Assembly (NCBI RefSeq): GCF_963921235.1
Contig: NC_086097.1
Span: forward strand, 202,246,001-202,310,000
From: Mobula hypostoma
Lineage: Eukaryota
DNA length: 64,000 bases
Reading direction: 5' to 3'
Made by a program: the position numbers and the translations under genes. Below the pieces are notes generated by a model, which worked only from the letters and a program-made list of their open reading frames with translations, did not search any database and had not been told where the DNA came from. Every line of letters begins with the position of its first letter. Position 1 is the stretch's first letter. This document shows positions 1 through 12,707 of the stretch, piece by piece.

Positions 1-597
1 ACGTCCACGCACAGTGAATTTTGAATTATTCCTATCAAACTTAAAGCATCTCAGCTCCATCTGCAAAAAGCAGAATTTCCCGGTGGCCAACTATTTCATT
101 TCTGATCCCATTCCCATTCCAACATGTCAGTCCCTCCTCTTCTGTCATGATGAGGCCACTCCTAGAATGGAGGAGCAACACCTTATATTCCATCTAGGTA
201 GCCTCCAACATGATGGCATGGACATCGATTTCTCCAACTTCCTGTAATTTTTCCCGCCTGCCCTTTTCTTCATTTCCCCACTCTGGCCTCTTACCACCTC
301 CTCACCTGCCTATCACCTCCCCCTGGTGCCCCTCGCCTCTCCTATCAGATTCTTTCTTCTCCAGTCCTTTGTGTTTTCCACACCACCGCCCAGGTTCTTA
401 CTTCATCCACTCCCACCCCCCACACACACCTGCTCTTTACCTTTCCCACCCACCTGGTTTCACCTATCACCTTCTAACGTCCTGCTCCCCCTCCACCTTT
501 TTATTCTGGCTTCTTTTTTTCCCTTTTCCTTTCCAGTCCTGATGAAGGGTCTCAGCCCAAAACGTTGACTATTTATTTATTTCCACACATGCTGGCC
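1..597 (+). mobile_element. Penelope-like element 3' fragment (GIY-YIG C-terminus, 3' UTR, decayed hammerhead); resumes at about 7011-7080
   Basis: ORF 14..247 ends RMEEQHLIFHLGSLQHDGMDIDFSNF, matching the PLE ORF end at 23587. The terminal repeat gatgctg..cc|..cctgctgagttc is split between about 597 and 7011. Confidence 0.85.
534..571 (+). ncRNA. Decayed minimal hammerhead ribozyme (GAAA to AAAA)
   Basis: cagtc-CTGATGA-agggtctcagccc-aAAAcgtt-gact. Confidence 0.6.
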
Positions 598-1405
598 GGA
601 AGAAGATTGCTCCAGCGAACAACATGACCAAGGGCGACATCCTTCAGACGGTTCATGAAACAACTTCTTGTACTTCTTTTCCGTCTGTTTCTTTCAAATG
701 TGGTTCTGCTACAGATGGAGCCTGTGGTCTACATTTTGGTACCGTGAGTGGGTGTTCAGTGCCATCGACCAGCCCTTTACTTGCTGCTAACTGAGGAATG
801 TATCTGTGTGAGATGGTTCCTATCTCCCAAAGGAACAGTTTGCTGTTCCCAAAGGAAGGCCGCTGCATTTGAATGGTCTCTCTCTCTCCCTCGATGCAGT
901 CGGAGGATGGTGCCAGAGCTCTTAGTTTTGGGCAATGTTTGATTGACACAGTTTGTGGATTGGACTCTGCAGTTCACTTTATGATGGGTTTCTCGTTTCT
1001 GGTCACTCCTTTTTTTTTTGTTGCTACTTTGGGAGATTTTGAATGGGGGTAGCCTGCAGATAACAAACTGACCTGAACTGAATATGACTGGACTCTTTTG
1101 ATTTTGTTCTGTGTTCGCTTGGTTTTTTGTTGCTGTTTATGTGATTTTTTTCCCCGCATGGGGGAGGGGTTTGATGCTTTTCTTTTTTTTATATAATTTT
1201 TATTGAATTTTCAAAAAGAATACATGAAAAGATAAAATCTACCCACCCCCCCCCCCATATATATAGTCTACCTAAAAGAAAGAAAGAGAAAAAAAAAGAG
1301 CCACCTGGGTATTGGAAGGTTTCCACATGCTCCATGGGATTCAAAATAAATTTGGTATAATTATTCGTTATTTTCCCCAAGTAACCAAATTCTTTGTCAG
1401 AGCAC

Positions 1406-4400
1406 TTAAATATGACATCCTATCTTTTGTAAATAAGGGCGCCAAATATTCAAGAATGTTAGATAATTATCTCTTAAATTATAAGTAATTTTTTCAAGTG
1501 GAATAGAACTAGCCATTTCATTATTCCAACGATCCATACTTAAATACGAATCAGATTTCCAAGTAACTGCTATAGTCTTCTTAGCTACTGCCAATGCAAT
1601 TTTTATAAATTCTTTCTGATATTTATTCAATTTAAGTTTCGGTTTTATCCCTTCAATATCACCTAATAGAAATAATACAGGGTTATGTGGAAGTTGAATT
1701 CCAGTAATTTGTTCCAATAAGGCTCTTAAATTTATCCAAAAGGGTTGAATTTTAAAACAAGACCAAGTAGAATGTAAAAAAGTACCAATTTCTTGATTAC
1801 ACCGAAAACATTTATCAGATAGATTTGAATTTAATCTATTTATTTTTTGTGGTGTAATATATAATTGGTGTAAAAAATTATACTGTACTAATCTAAATCG
1901 AACATTTATTGTATTTGTCATACTATCCAGACAAAGTCTTGACCAATTTATTTCATCAATATTAATATTCAGATCTGTTTCCCATTTTTGCTTTGACTTA
2001 TGGGTTCCTTGTTTAATTGTCTGTTCTTGAATCAAATTATACATACAAGAAATAAATTTTTTAATTTTCCCTTTTTGAATTAAAATTTCAATTTCATTAG
2101 CTTTTGGCAAAAACATTGTTTGACCCAGCTTACCTATTAAGTAAGCCCTTAACTGAAAGTAGCAAAAGAAAGTATTATTAGATATTTTATATTTATCCTT
2201 TAATTGTTCAAATGACATCAATATACCTCGCTCAAAACAATCTCCTATAAATTTAATCCCTTTTTGGTACCAATTATATAAAAGTTGATTGTCCATTGTA
2301 AAAGGAATAAATCTGTTTTGAAACAAAGGTCTCCTTGCTAATAGAGATTTCTGTGTTTCCTTATCAATATTTATCTTATTCCATAGATCAATCAAGTGTG
2401 TTAATATAGGAGATTCTTTCTTTTCCCGTATCCATTTAGATTCCCATTTATATATAAAATCTTCAGGTTTATTTTCTCCTATCTTGTCTAGTTCTATTTT
2501 AATCCATGCTGGTTTTTGATCATCGAAAAAAGATGCAATAAATCTAAGTTGATTTGCTTTATAGTAATTTTTAAAGTTTGGAAGTTGTAACCATCCTAAC
2601 CTAAATTTACATGTCAGTTTTTCCAGTGATATTCTTGACATTTTACCTTTCCAAAGAGATTTTCTCACAGATTTATTTAACTCTTGAAAAAATTTCTGTG
2701 GCAATTGTATTGGTAATGTTTCAAACAAATACTGTAATCTCGGAAATATATTCATTTTTACAACATTGACTCTACCTACTAATGTTATTGGTAGTATCAT
2801 CCATTTGTCAAGATCTTCTTGAATTTTTTTCAATAGTGGTAAATAATTAAATTTATATAAATTCTTTACATCACTATCAAGTCTTATACCTAAATACTTT
2901 ATACCATTTACCGGCCATCTAAATTGGGTTACTAATCGACATTGACTATAGTCTCCTTTAGTAAGAGACAAAATTTCACTTTTATCCCAGTTTATTTTGT
3001 AACCTGATACCTCCCCATATTCATCCAATCTAGAAGATAATTTATGTAACGAATGTTGTGGGTTTGTTAAATAGATCAAAACATCATCGGCAAAAAGATT
3101 AATTTTATATTCCTCTTGGTTAACTCTAAAACCCATAATATCTGGATCCAATCTAATTAGTTCTGCTAATGGCTCTATCGCCAATACAAATAGAGCAGGT
3201 GATAGTGGACAACCTTGTCGAGTTGACCTTTTTAGCTGAAATGGTGTTGAAATTTGAGAGTTTGTCACTACTTTAGCTTTAGGGTTAGAATTTAAAGTTT
3301 TAATCCAATTTATAAAAGATGTTCCTAACCCATATTTTTCTAATACTTTAAATAAAAAATCCCATTCTAATCTATCAAATGCTTTTTCTGCATCCAAAGC
3401 TACTACTATACTCTTCTCATCCCTTTTTTGTGCCAAATGAATTATACTGAGTAGCCGACTTACATTATCCGCCAGTTGTCTATTTTTAATAAATCCTGTT
3501 TGATCCATATGTATTAATTTTGGTAAATATTTAGATAATCTATTCGATAAAATTTTTGCTATTATTTTGTAATCCGTATTCAATAAAGAAATAGGCCTGT
3601 ATGATGTTGGTTTCATAGGATCTCTGTCCTTTTTTGGCAATACTATTACAATCGCTGTTGAAAAAGATTCTGGAAGTTTATGTATTTTTTCTGCTTGACG
3701 TATTAGTTCCATAAAAAGAGGAAATAATAAATCTTTAAATTTTTTATAAAATTCAGGTGGAAAACCATCTTCTCCTGGAGATTTATTACTTTGAAGTGAT
3801 TCTAAAGCTTCTTCAACTTCTTTTAATGTAAAAGGCATATCTAATCCCCTCTGTTCTTCCAAATTCAATTTTGGAAGAGAAACTTGTGATAAAAACCTTT
3901 CTATCTCATTAACATCGTTATGGGATTCTGATTGATATAATTCAGAATAAAAATTTTTAAAGGTTTCATTTATTTCAAGAGGCTTATAAGATATTTTATT
4001 TGCCCTTGTTCTAATTGCATTTATTGTTTTGGAAGCTTGTTCTGTTTTCAACTGCCAGGCAAGAATTTTATGTGCTCTCTCACCTAACTCATAATACCTT
4101 TGTTTAGATCTTATAATTGCTTTTTCTATATGTTCTATATGTCTGAAGTGTATTATATTGTAACTTCTTATTGACAAGTTGTCTTCGTTTTTCTTCTGAC
4201 ATATATCTTTGTGATTCTTTTTCTATTCTTGTAATCTCTTTTTCCAATAGATCTAGTTCTGCCATATATTCTTTCTTAATTTTAGACGTATAACTTATTA
4301 TCTGTCCCCTAAGATATGCTTTCATCGCATCCCATAATATAAATTTATCCTCCACTGAATGAAAATTTGTATCCAAAAAAAATTGAATCTGCTTTTTCAT

Positions 4401-5136
4401 AAGATCACAAAAATCTTGACGTTTTAATAATATTGAATTAAATCTCCATCTATAAGCCACTTCTTCCTTATCAGCCATTATTATTGTCATTAATAAAGGA
4501 AAATGATCTGATAATATTCTTGCTTTATATTCCATATTTTTCACTCTGTGTTGAATATGCATTGATAATAGAAAAAAATCTATCCTTGAATAAGTTTTAT
4601 GTCTATGGGAATAGAACGAATAGTCTCTTTCTTTAGGATTGATTCTTCTCCATATATCAATCAAATTTAAATCTTTCATCAATGATAAAGTTAGATTTAC
4701 TACCTTCGATTTTATAACAGCCTTGGTTGATCTATCTAAGACTGGGTCTAAGCAAAAATTGAAGTCGCCTCCAATTAATATTTTTTCATATGCATCCGCC
4801 AAATTCAAATAAGTTTCTTGTATGAATTTTGCATCATTTTCATTTGGTGCATAAATATTCATAAAAGTCCATAGTTTGGAAAAAAGTTGACAATCACATA
4901 TCTCCCCGCAGAATCTGTTATTACATTTTGTATCCTAATTGGTAACATTTTATTGATCAAAATTGCTACTCCCCTCGCTTTTGAATTAAATGAGGCCGCA
5001 ACAACATTACCCACCCAATCTCTCTTTAGTTTCTGATGTTCTGTTTCTGTTAGGTGCGTTTCCTGTAAAAAAGCTAAATCACTGGTCCATTAAGCCCATT
5101 AACATTAAAACTCAAAAAATTCAATAAATTAGTCAT
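1406..5136 (-). pseudogene. L1 ORF2 (APE endonuclease, RT, Cys-rich C-terminus), disrupted
   Basis: Start MTNLLNFLSFNVNGLNGP at 5136, then a deletion/frameshift; GGDFN, SRIDFF and SDH in ORF 4104..4862; frameshift near 4140; RQGCPLSP, LFADD and CFRC..H..WSC in ORF 1406..4177. Confidence 0.92.
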
Positions 5137-5446
5137 TATTCTTAACAAAGTTACTCCAATCTAAAACATTACTTATCTTCTCAACTCTCATAGTTCCTTG
5201 GGGAATCACTTTAAACTTCACCATGATGCTATGTGTTCCCCCCCCCCCAACCTTCCAGGCAAAAAGAGAAAAAAAAGATAGAAAAAAAAAGAAAAAACAA
5301 AATACCCCCCCACTAATGTTGTGAATGAAAAGATACACAACACTACTCCCCTTCATTTTACGGGTCGCGGCAAAAGCCACGCTTGCACACATGATTAACG
5401 TAGCAATCGATCAGTGCTTCTTCCAGCTCCCCCGCAACAAAAAAAA

Positions 5447-5450
<4 letters not shown>

Positions 5451-5486
<36 letters not shown>
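5451..5486. repeat. (TA)18 microsatellite in the L1 inter-ORF spacer
   Basis: Read directly. Confidence 0.95.
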
Positions 5487-5489
<3 letters not shown>

Positions 5490-5716
5490 AAAATTAGTAT
5501 TATTATTCCCAGCTAATTTCCTCCAGTATTAACCTTTCTTACCCCCCCTCATATAATTAATACTATATTTATACATTCATCCAGCTTCAAAAATCCAACA
5601 AATCCATTCTTAAACCCAATCTTCATCTTCAATCTATCTCGCTCTCCTGAGTTTGTTCTTGTATCTGGTGAATATTCAGAGAATCTTGCACAAACTGCTC
5701 TGCTTTCTGGTAGTCA

Positions 5717-6751
5717 TCAAAAAATCTTTTTTCTCCACCAGACAAAAAAAATCTTCGAAGTTGCAGGATAACGCAGTATAAATTGATAACCATGCTCCCA
5801 TAGGGTTTTTTTCACTGGATTAAACTTCTTCCTTTTCTTCAAAAGTTCGTAACTTATATCAGGGTAGAAAAAAACTCTTTTCCCTTTAATTATCAATGGC
5901 CCTTTTCTATCTTTGGCAGCTCGAACAGCCGCCTGTAGAATCCTTTCCTTGTCTTGAAATCTTAAGAATTTTATTAAAATCAATCGTGGATATTGGTCAT
6001 CTTTTGGTTTTGGTCTTGAAGCTCTATGTGCCTGCTCAATTTCAATTGATCGAGCCTCTTCTCCCATTTGCAAAACCGCCGGGATCCATCTTTGAAAAAA
6101 TTCTATTGGCTTTTCTCCTTCCATACCTTCTGTAAGACCAACAATTTTTATATTATTACGTCTACTGAAATTTTCCAACATGTCCACTTTCTCCAAGAGT
6201 CGGTTTCTTTCCGAGTTCCAGACAAGCAAATCATTTTCTGTTTTTTCCACTCTATCATTCATAAGCCCCATTTCTCTTTCCATCTTCTGAAGCTTCTTTT
6301 CCATTTTGTCCTGTCTTTCCATAACTTTATTATAGCATCTCTTCGTATCTCTAAGCTCTTCTCTTACTTTCCTTAATTCAGCCGTTGACCGCAATACAGC
6401 CTCTCTTATGTCTCTATCATCTCCTTTACTTCCACTCACTTCCAATTCTTCCTCCTCTTCTTCATCTGTGTTCTCTGCAGAATCCAGTTCTGACTCTGAG
6501 TCATTTTCAATTGCAGTGGACGTCGGTTCTTGTAGTTTGCGCTGTGTCGATTTGCGCATGCGCTCTTCTTTGCGCATGCGCAATTCCATTGTCTTCTTCG
6601 GAGCAACCATTGCCACCGCTATTGCTCCCTGTTCTACCGAAGGAGATCCAACCTGAGTCCGAGGCTCCATCGTTGCAGTAGGCCCTTTTTTCTTCCCGTC
6701 TCGCGGCTGCTTCGCAACAGCAGACTTCTTTTGTTGCGGTTTAGGAGGCAT
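5717..6751 (-). CDS. L1 ORF1p (basic N-terminus, acidic tract, coiled coil, RRM, CTD); C-terminus possibly frameshifted
   Basis: 344-aa ORF with ENFSRRNNIKIVGLTEG, IEQAHR and FYPDIS motifs typical of L1 ORF1. Confidence 0.9.
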   Translation of the reverse strand: MPPKPQQKKSAVAKQPRDGKKKGPTATMEPRTQVGSPSVEQGAIAVAMVAPKKTMELRMRKEERMRKSTQRKLQEPTSTAIENDSESELDSAENTDEEEEEELEVSGSKGDDRDIREAVLRSTAELRKVREELRDTKRCYNKVMERQDKMEKKLQKMEREMGLMNDRVEKTENDLLVWNSERNRLLEKVDMLENFSRRNNIKIVGLTEGMEGEKPIEFFQRWIPAVLQMGEEARSIEIEQAHRASRPKPKDDQYPRLILIKFLRFQDKERILQAAVRAAKDRKGPLIIKGKRVFFYPDISYELLKKRKKFNPVKKTLWEHGYQFILRYPATSKIFFVWWRKKIF

Positions 6752-7745
6752 ACCGTAAAGTAGTCTTACAAAGTTTATAAATAGTTTTCAAAAAATATTT
6801 ACCAACTTTGTTTTATTTAAACGGTACTTTACTGATTTGTTGCGGGAGAGCTGAATTTACATGTCTCAATCCCACGTCATCACGTGACGCCCCTTGATGC
6901 TTTTCTTTGAGTGGGTTCCATGGTTTTCATTGTTTCGTGGCTGTCTGTGGGGAAAACAAATCTCAGTTGTATACTGTATACATCGATACTAAATGTACTT
7001 TGAACTTTGAACCTGCTGAGTTCCACCAGCATTTGTATGTATGTTGCTCTGGATTTCCAGCATCTGCAATATCTCTTGAATTTATTTTGTTTTGTTTATG
7101 TTAATTGACCTTTCAAAGGCTAGAATTTTGATTATGATTGCTCTCACCTATGACAAAATAAATCAATTAAACTTTGAGGATGCCCTGCCTTGAGTAAGCA
7201 GTCTTAAAATAATAGGGCTTTGTGATGTTTTTGAGTAAAGCAATGTACTTTTCCCAAGTTGATTTTCCAGGTAGTAGTAAATGAGATGGAGAGATGAGTC
7301 ATTTCACTGGAAGATTTAAATCTTTTGTTCTTTTAAATTGCCAGTTTTGTAAAGGAAATTATGCTAGATCTATACAGTGCCTAAGGGATGAAAGTGGATG
7401 ACGAATGGTCACAAAGATTTTTAATTCCGAAATGCTCTCTAGTCTGGAAGTCAATTTTGTTATAGCCCCATGTACTATTCACTCATCATGTGTTGAAAAT
7501 AAAATTGAACGTTTTGTATCGTGTATTTGAATAAAATATATTTTTGAAATAAAATCTGTCACTAAAATTCCAGCTGTGACTATCCCCCTACTATCAGTGA
7601 TTCTCATAGTTTTGCTGGCTTTTGTCCTTAAAACACTTTCACTCAACCTATGCCACTTACTCCAACAGTGCAATTTTATGCTGAATGGTCATTTGGATTG
7701 TGGTTGCAGTTACATCTTCCAGTGATAAAAATGCAATTTAATCAG

Positions 7746-8049
7746 CACGCATGCTCAGCTCGTTGACTTCATTATTAAATGATCATCTTCTATCCCTTTT
7801 GCCAATCAACTGTCCAGCTGTTGGCTCCATCCCTCCCCCTCCTGTCTTCTCCTATCATTTCGGATCTCCCCCTCCCCCTCCCACTTTCAAATCTCTTACT
7901 AGCTGCTCTTTCAGTTAGTCCTGACGAAGGGTCTCGGCCCGAAATGTTGACTGTACCTCCTCCTAGAGATGCTGCCTGGCCTGCTGCGTTCACCAGCAAC
8001 TTTTATGTGTGTTGCTTGAAATTCCAGCATCTGTAGATTTCCTCGTGTT
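7746..8049 (+). mobile_element. Short PLE insertion with 14-bp TSD
   Basis: TSD tgcaatttaatcag at 7732-7745 and 8050-8063; PLE 3' UTR and terminal repeat. Confidence 0.88.
7916..7953 (+). ncRNA. Minimal hammerhead ribozyme with CpG-decayed stem III
   Basis: tagtc-CTGACGA-agggtctcggccc-GAAA-tgtt-gactg. Confidence 0.7.
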
Positions 8050-9926
8050 TGCAATTTAATCAGTTCTTTCTTTACTAACTCCATACCTGTGCTTCCATTC
8101 TTTGCAACTGATAGAAATAGCCAGATCACCTGCGGTTGTTGTCCAGTGAGGCTGGCTGAATTGAGCTGTTTTGGTTTATCCTGAAAACATAACTTTTGTT
8201 CTCATTAGGGACTTTGTGAGGTTGTCTTTAATGTTATTTCAGAAAGTTAATTTGCTTTGAGATCTTCTATATAATGTTTTGAAGCTGAATTGATCCCCTT
8301 AACTGTTGTAGTCATCAAGTTTATCCTCATGCCATACCACTCTCCCTCCATTACATTTTTATAGATACACTTTATTCACTGTTTACAACATAGGGGAGAT
8401 CCCAGTGCCCATGCATGCAACTGTACTCCCAAAACACAAATCTACTGACATTTCTTGAGGCTAATTCTTAAATTCCTTTATCTGTATGCTGTAATGATAT
8501 TGCTCCTTTCATTTTATCCCCTGGAGGAAGAGCCAATTCTTTCTTGATTATTCTCTCCCATCTTTCTGAATTATGAGCTGAATAATAATAATGACCTGAA
8601 TTATGTTAGCTGGAATGAGCAATTCTGGAGGAAGCCATTGGCTACTATCTACTCCCAGGTAAGTACATGCCACAGTTGTGTGGACTGTACGTCTGGGATA
8701 TACTAAGTGACAGATGCTGATGCATCAGCCAGATAGTGCCATTGTTGGACTGGATGGCCAAGCCTGGTCATGTTGGGTATTCTCAGCATTCGCTGGAAAA
8801 CATGGCTCTGTAATCCAGCACCAACCAGACTTTAGCAATGGTTCAGCTTTTGATTTGGTTCCCCAAGCAAGGAGGTCAGCTAAGTTATTCACTTTTATTT
8901 ATTTTAATACTACTTTTGATTCATTAATATTTTTATAGGTTTTTAAAACAATTTACAATAGTTTAATAGCTTTTAAATGTTGCTGAGTGACAGTGATATT
9001 TACAAACCATGAGGACAAACCTCCTTTCCTTTTCTCTCCTATCAGAGATTTTCAGGACAATTATGCAGAACTAATGCATTAGAATGCCAATGGCTGTCTC
9101 CCCAGTGGAGTTGTGCTAAATCTAGGCAGGCACCTTACAGAAAGACATTCAGCCAGTTAGGCCTTTGCAGTGACCCAGGTAAGTGTAAGCAGATTGGGAT
9201 AGCAAGCAGTAGGATCAATCTGGTTGTGCTCATCTTGTGATATCGCTGTTTTTTTAGAATACGTTGCTCTTTGATTCACCAGCAAAGGTATAACCCCGCC
9301 CCCCCCCCCCCCGTCACAGTGGTGGATAATTGTGAGGAAATGGTACTCTGGAAGTCCCAGACTGCTGCTTTAATGAGTCTGTAAGTATTCAGGAACTTGG
9401 CAACAGAAATGATAAATTTTGAAGCATGAATTCTGAAATAATAATGAGAAATATACATAAGGGGAGGCTTTCCCATTATCAGAGTACTTGAAGGTAGAGC
9501 ACCATCTTCATATAAATCGATTTCCTTTCTTCTTTTATATATCTAAAAACTGAAATTTGCTTTACGTAAGATTTAAGATTCCTTTTTCTTAGGGTAAATT
9601 TTTATGCTTTCCATCAACTTTTCCCACAAAGAACTTGGTTTTAATCGCTTCATGAACAAGTCTAAGATGGACAGGTGATGGGAGAGAAGTTTCAAGACCT
9701 TAGTGCAGCAGAGCATGCTTCGCTCACATCGGTCCTGTGTTTTGTGGCATTGTAGCGGGCGCATTTTGGACAGCCATGGGTTCCTTATGTATGTAGGTTT
9801 TGAGTTATAAAATTTAGAAACAAAAGCAATTTTAATTTCTAGCTATGCAAGTATGTACACAGCAGAGGATTCTGAAACCTGGATTAGAAACGTTGAAAAT
9901 GGAGGAACAGAACATAGCGATATTTT

Positions 9927-11118
9927 GAACAAGAGAAAATCAACAGATGCTGAAAAATCAAGCCACACACACAAAATGCTGGTGGAACTCGGCAGGCCAG
10001 GCAGCATCTATGGAAAGAAAGTAACATTCGACGATTCAGACAGACACCCGACATCAGGACTGGAAAAAAAAGATGAGATCAGAGTAAGAAAGTGGGGAGA
10101 GAGGAGGAAGAAGCAGAAGATGATAGGTGAAACTGGGAGAGAGGGAGGGTGAAGTAAAGAGCTGGGAGGTTGATTAGTGAAAGAGATAGGGCTGGAGAAG
10201 AAGGAATCTGATAGGAGAGGACAGAAGACCATAGAAGAAAGGGAAGGGGAGGAGCACAGAGGAAGGTGATGGGCAGGTAAGGAGATAAGGTGAGAGAGGG
10301 AAACAGGAATGGGGAATGGTGGAGAGGTGGGGGGGGACAATAACCAGAAATTCAAGAAATCAAAGTTCATACCATCAGGTTAGAGGCTACCCAGATGGAA
10401 TATAAGGTGTTGATTCGCCAACCTGAATGTGGCCTCACCGCAGCAGAAGAGGAGGCCATTGACTGACATGTCGGAATGGGAAGTAGAAATGAAGTGGGTG
10501 GCCACTGGGAGATCCCGCTTTTTTTCCGGCGGATGGAGCATAGGTGCTCGGCACAGCGGTCTCCCAATCTACGTTGGGTCTCACTGATATACAGGAAGCC
10601 ACATAGGGAGTGCCAGATGTAATAGATGACCCTAACACACTCACAGGTGAAGTGTCACCTCACCTGGAAGGACTGTTTAGGGCCCTGAATGGACAAGGGA
10701 GTCGTGTAGGGAGCAATCCCTGTGCAAAAGTGAAAAGTGGGGGCAGGTGGGGAGGAGGGAAAGATGTATTTGGTGGTGGGATCCCGTTGGAGATGGCGGA
10801 AGCAACGGAGAATTATGTGCTGGACGCAGAGGCTGGTGGGGTGGTAGGTGAGGACAAGAGGAATCCTATCCCTGGTGGGATGGTGGAAGGATGGGATGAG
10901 GGCAGGCATGCATGAAATGGAAGAGATGCGGGTGAGGACAGTGTTGATGGTGGAGCAAGGAAAGCCTCTTTCTTTGAAGAATGGCATCTCATTATTTCTG
11001 GAATGAAAAGCCTCATCCTGAGAGCCAATGTGGTGGAGACTGAGGAACTGAGAGAAGGGATGGCATTTTCACAAGTGACACGGGAAGAGGTATAGTGCAG
11101 TTAATTGTGAGAATCCGT
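9927..11118 (-). mobile_element. Degenerate PLE (RT C-terminus, GIY-YIG, 3' repeat); continues at 22197-22385 beyond the Gypsy element
   Basis: FFKERGFP..RIPLVLTYHPTS..IQGPKQSFQVR in ORF 10655..10987; colinear with the 23193-24699 copy. Confidence 0.88.
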
Positions 11119-11142
11119 CAATACATTTGGATATGGCCCGAG

Positions 11143-11547
11143 TGTGAGGATGGAGAGAGGGAGAGGGAGGTCCATAGTTCACAGACTTTAATGAAAATAG
11201 GATTTTAAAGGAAAAGAAAACAATAAATGCGAGGCTAAACAGAGCAATTAACTAAAACTCTCAAATGTAAAACTAGATACCAACACAGCGGTTGAAATGA
11301 ATATCTAAATATATAATGAATACCACTAGTCTTCAGTGTCATTTGACTCGAGAGTCCACTTTCAAACACAAGGCCGAATGCAAGCAGGCAGCATAACATT
11401 GCTGTGCTTTACTCAAGTTTGGACAAGCCCTACAGTAAAAAGAAGGGAGTTAAATACCACCATAATGGAACAATAATTAGCTGAGATGTGCATATTTGCG
11501 AGTGCAGTTGCCAAATTTACTGCGCTGCCAAGTCCATGGTTGTAACA
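11143..11547 (-). repeat. Gypsy 3' LTR
   Basis: TG..CA ends, adjacent polypurine tract, homology to 21851-22196. Confidence 0.8.
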
Positions 11548-12707
11548 GGATTCCCCTCCCTAAGCACAGCTCCTGAGGTGCCATAGACCTGTGGCCACTG
11601 GAAGTCCCAGGTGAGTGACTTGACCAAGATGTCCTTCGCTGGGATCCAAGAATGTACTTTAGAGCCATACCCTTCCCAATCCACAAGGTACTAGACTTTA
11701 CACCAAGGTATTGGAGATGCCAGGAGGCACCGCACAATATAGACCAGGGAACCATCTATCAATCAGAGGAGGGGGAGATGGGGTGACTGGGGCATAGTAA
11801 CTGGCTTGAGTTGGGAAACATGAAACACTGGGTGGATCTTCAGTGATGCTGGTAGACACAATCTATATGAGACCTTGTTGACTGCCTTTTCCATTACGAA
11901 TGGTCCCACATACCGCAGAGCCAATTTGCAGCTCTTGACTTTCAGGGGAAGATCCCTTGATGCCAACCAGACCTCCTGTCCTGGCTTGAAAGGTCTCAAC
12001 CCTTGGTGCAGCCGATCAGCCTGACAGGTATGTTGTTTCTGGGAGCGCAGCAGAGAAGCCCTGGCTCATTTCCAAGTGTACTTATAGTCCTGGATCAGCT
12101 GTTCAGCAGCAGGAACTCCTACATCAATCACCTGGTCAGGGAAGAGCAGTAGCTGGAATCCTTTCTGGCATTCAAAGGGGGACATACCCATGAAGGACAG
12201 CTGGAGGTTATTGTAAGCGATCTCTCCCCAAACCAATCGGAAGCTCCAGGACATGGGTTTGGAAGGGACAAGACAGCACAGGTTCGCCTTCAACTCCTGA
12301 TTCACTCTCTCAGTCCAGCCGTTGGATTGGGGGTGGAAATGAGACGAGAGGCTGGTCATGGCTCCTAGAAGAAAGCAGAAAGCCTTCCAAAAGCGGGAGG
12401 TAAGCTGTGACCATGGAGCCTGAACACATGCTGAACCATGAGGGTGACAGTCCCGTGAGCCGATGGGATCTTGGGGAGGGCAATGAAGTGGGCAGCCTTG
12501 GAGAATTGATCCACAGTGACAAAAATGGTAGTGTTTCCATTTGATAGGGGCAGACCAGTGATGAAATCCACCGAGAGGTGGGACCAGGGGCTGTGGGGCA
12601 CAGGTAACGGACTTGGCAAACCTGCAGGGCTATAGCGTGACGTTTTGTTCTGAGCACAGGTGGTACAAGCAAAAACAAAGTCGTGGATGTCCTGGGACAT
12701 AATTAGC

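Larger units (their letters stand above)
1186..6893 (-). mobile_element. Full-length L1 LINE (#1)
   Basis: 15-bp TSD ttgatgcttttcttt at 1171-1185 and 6894-6908; ORF1 and ORF2; 3' AATAAA and A-tail; 5' end GGGGCGTCACGTG. Confidence 0.95.
598..7010 (+). mobile_element. Non-coding SINE-like/non-autonomous retroelement (598-1170 plus 6909-7010), split by an L1
   Basis: Interrupts the PLE repeat and ends aaatgtactttgaactttgaa (short tandem tail). The sequence is continuous across the L1 TSD. Confidence 0.55.
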
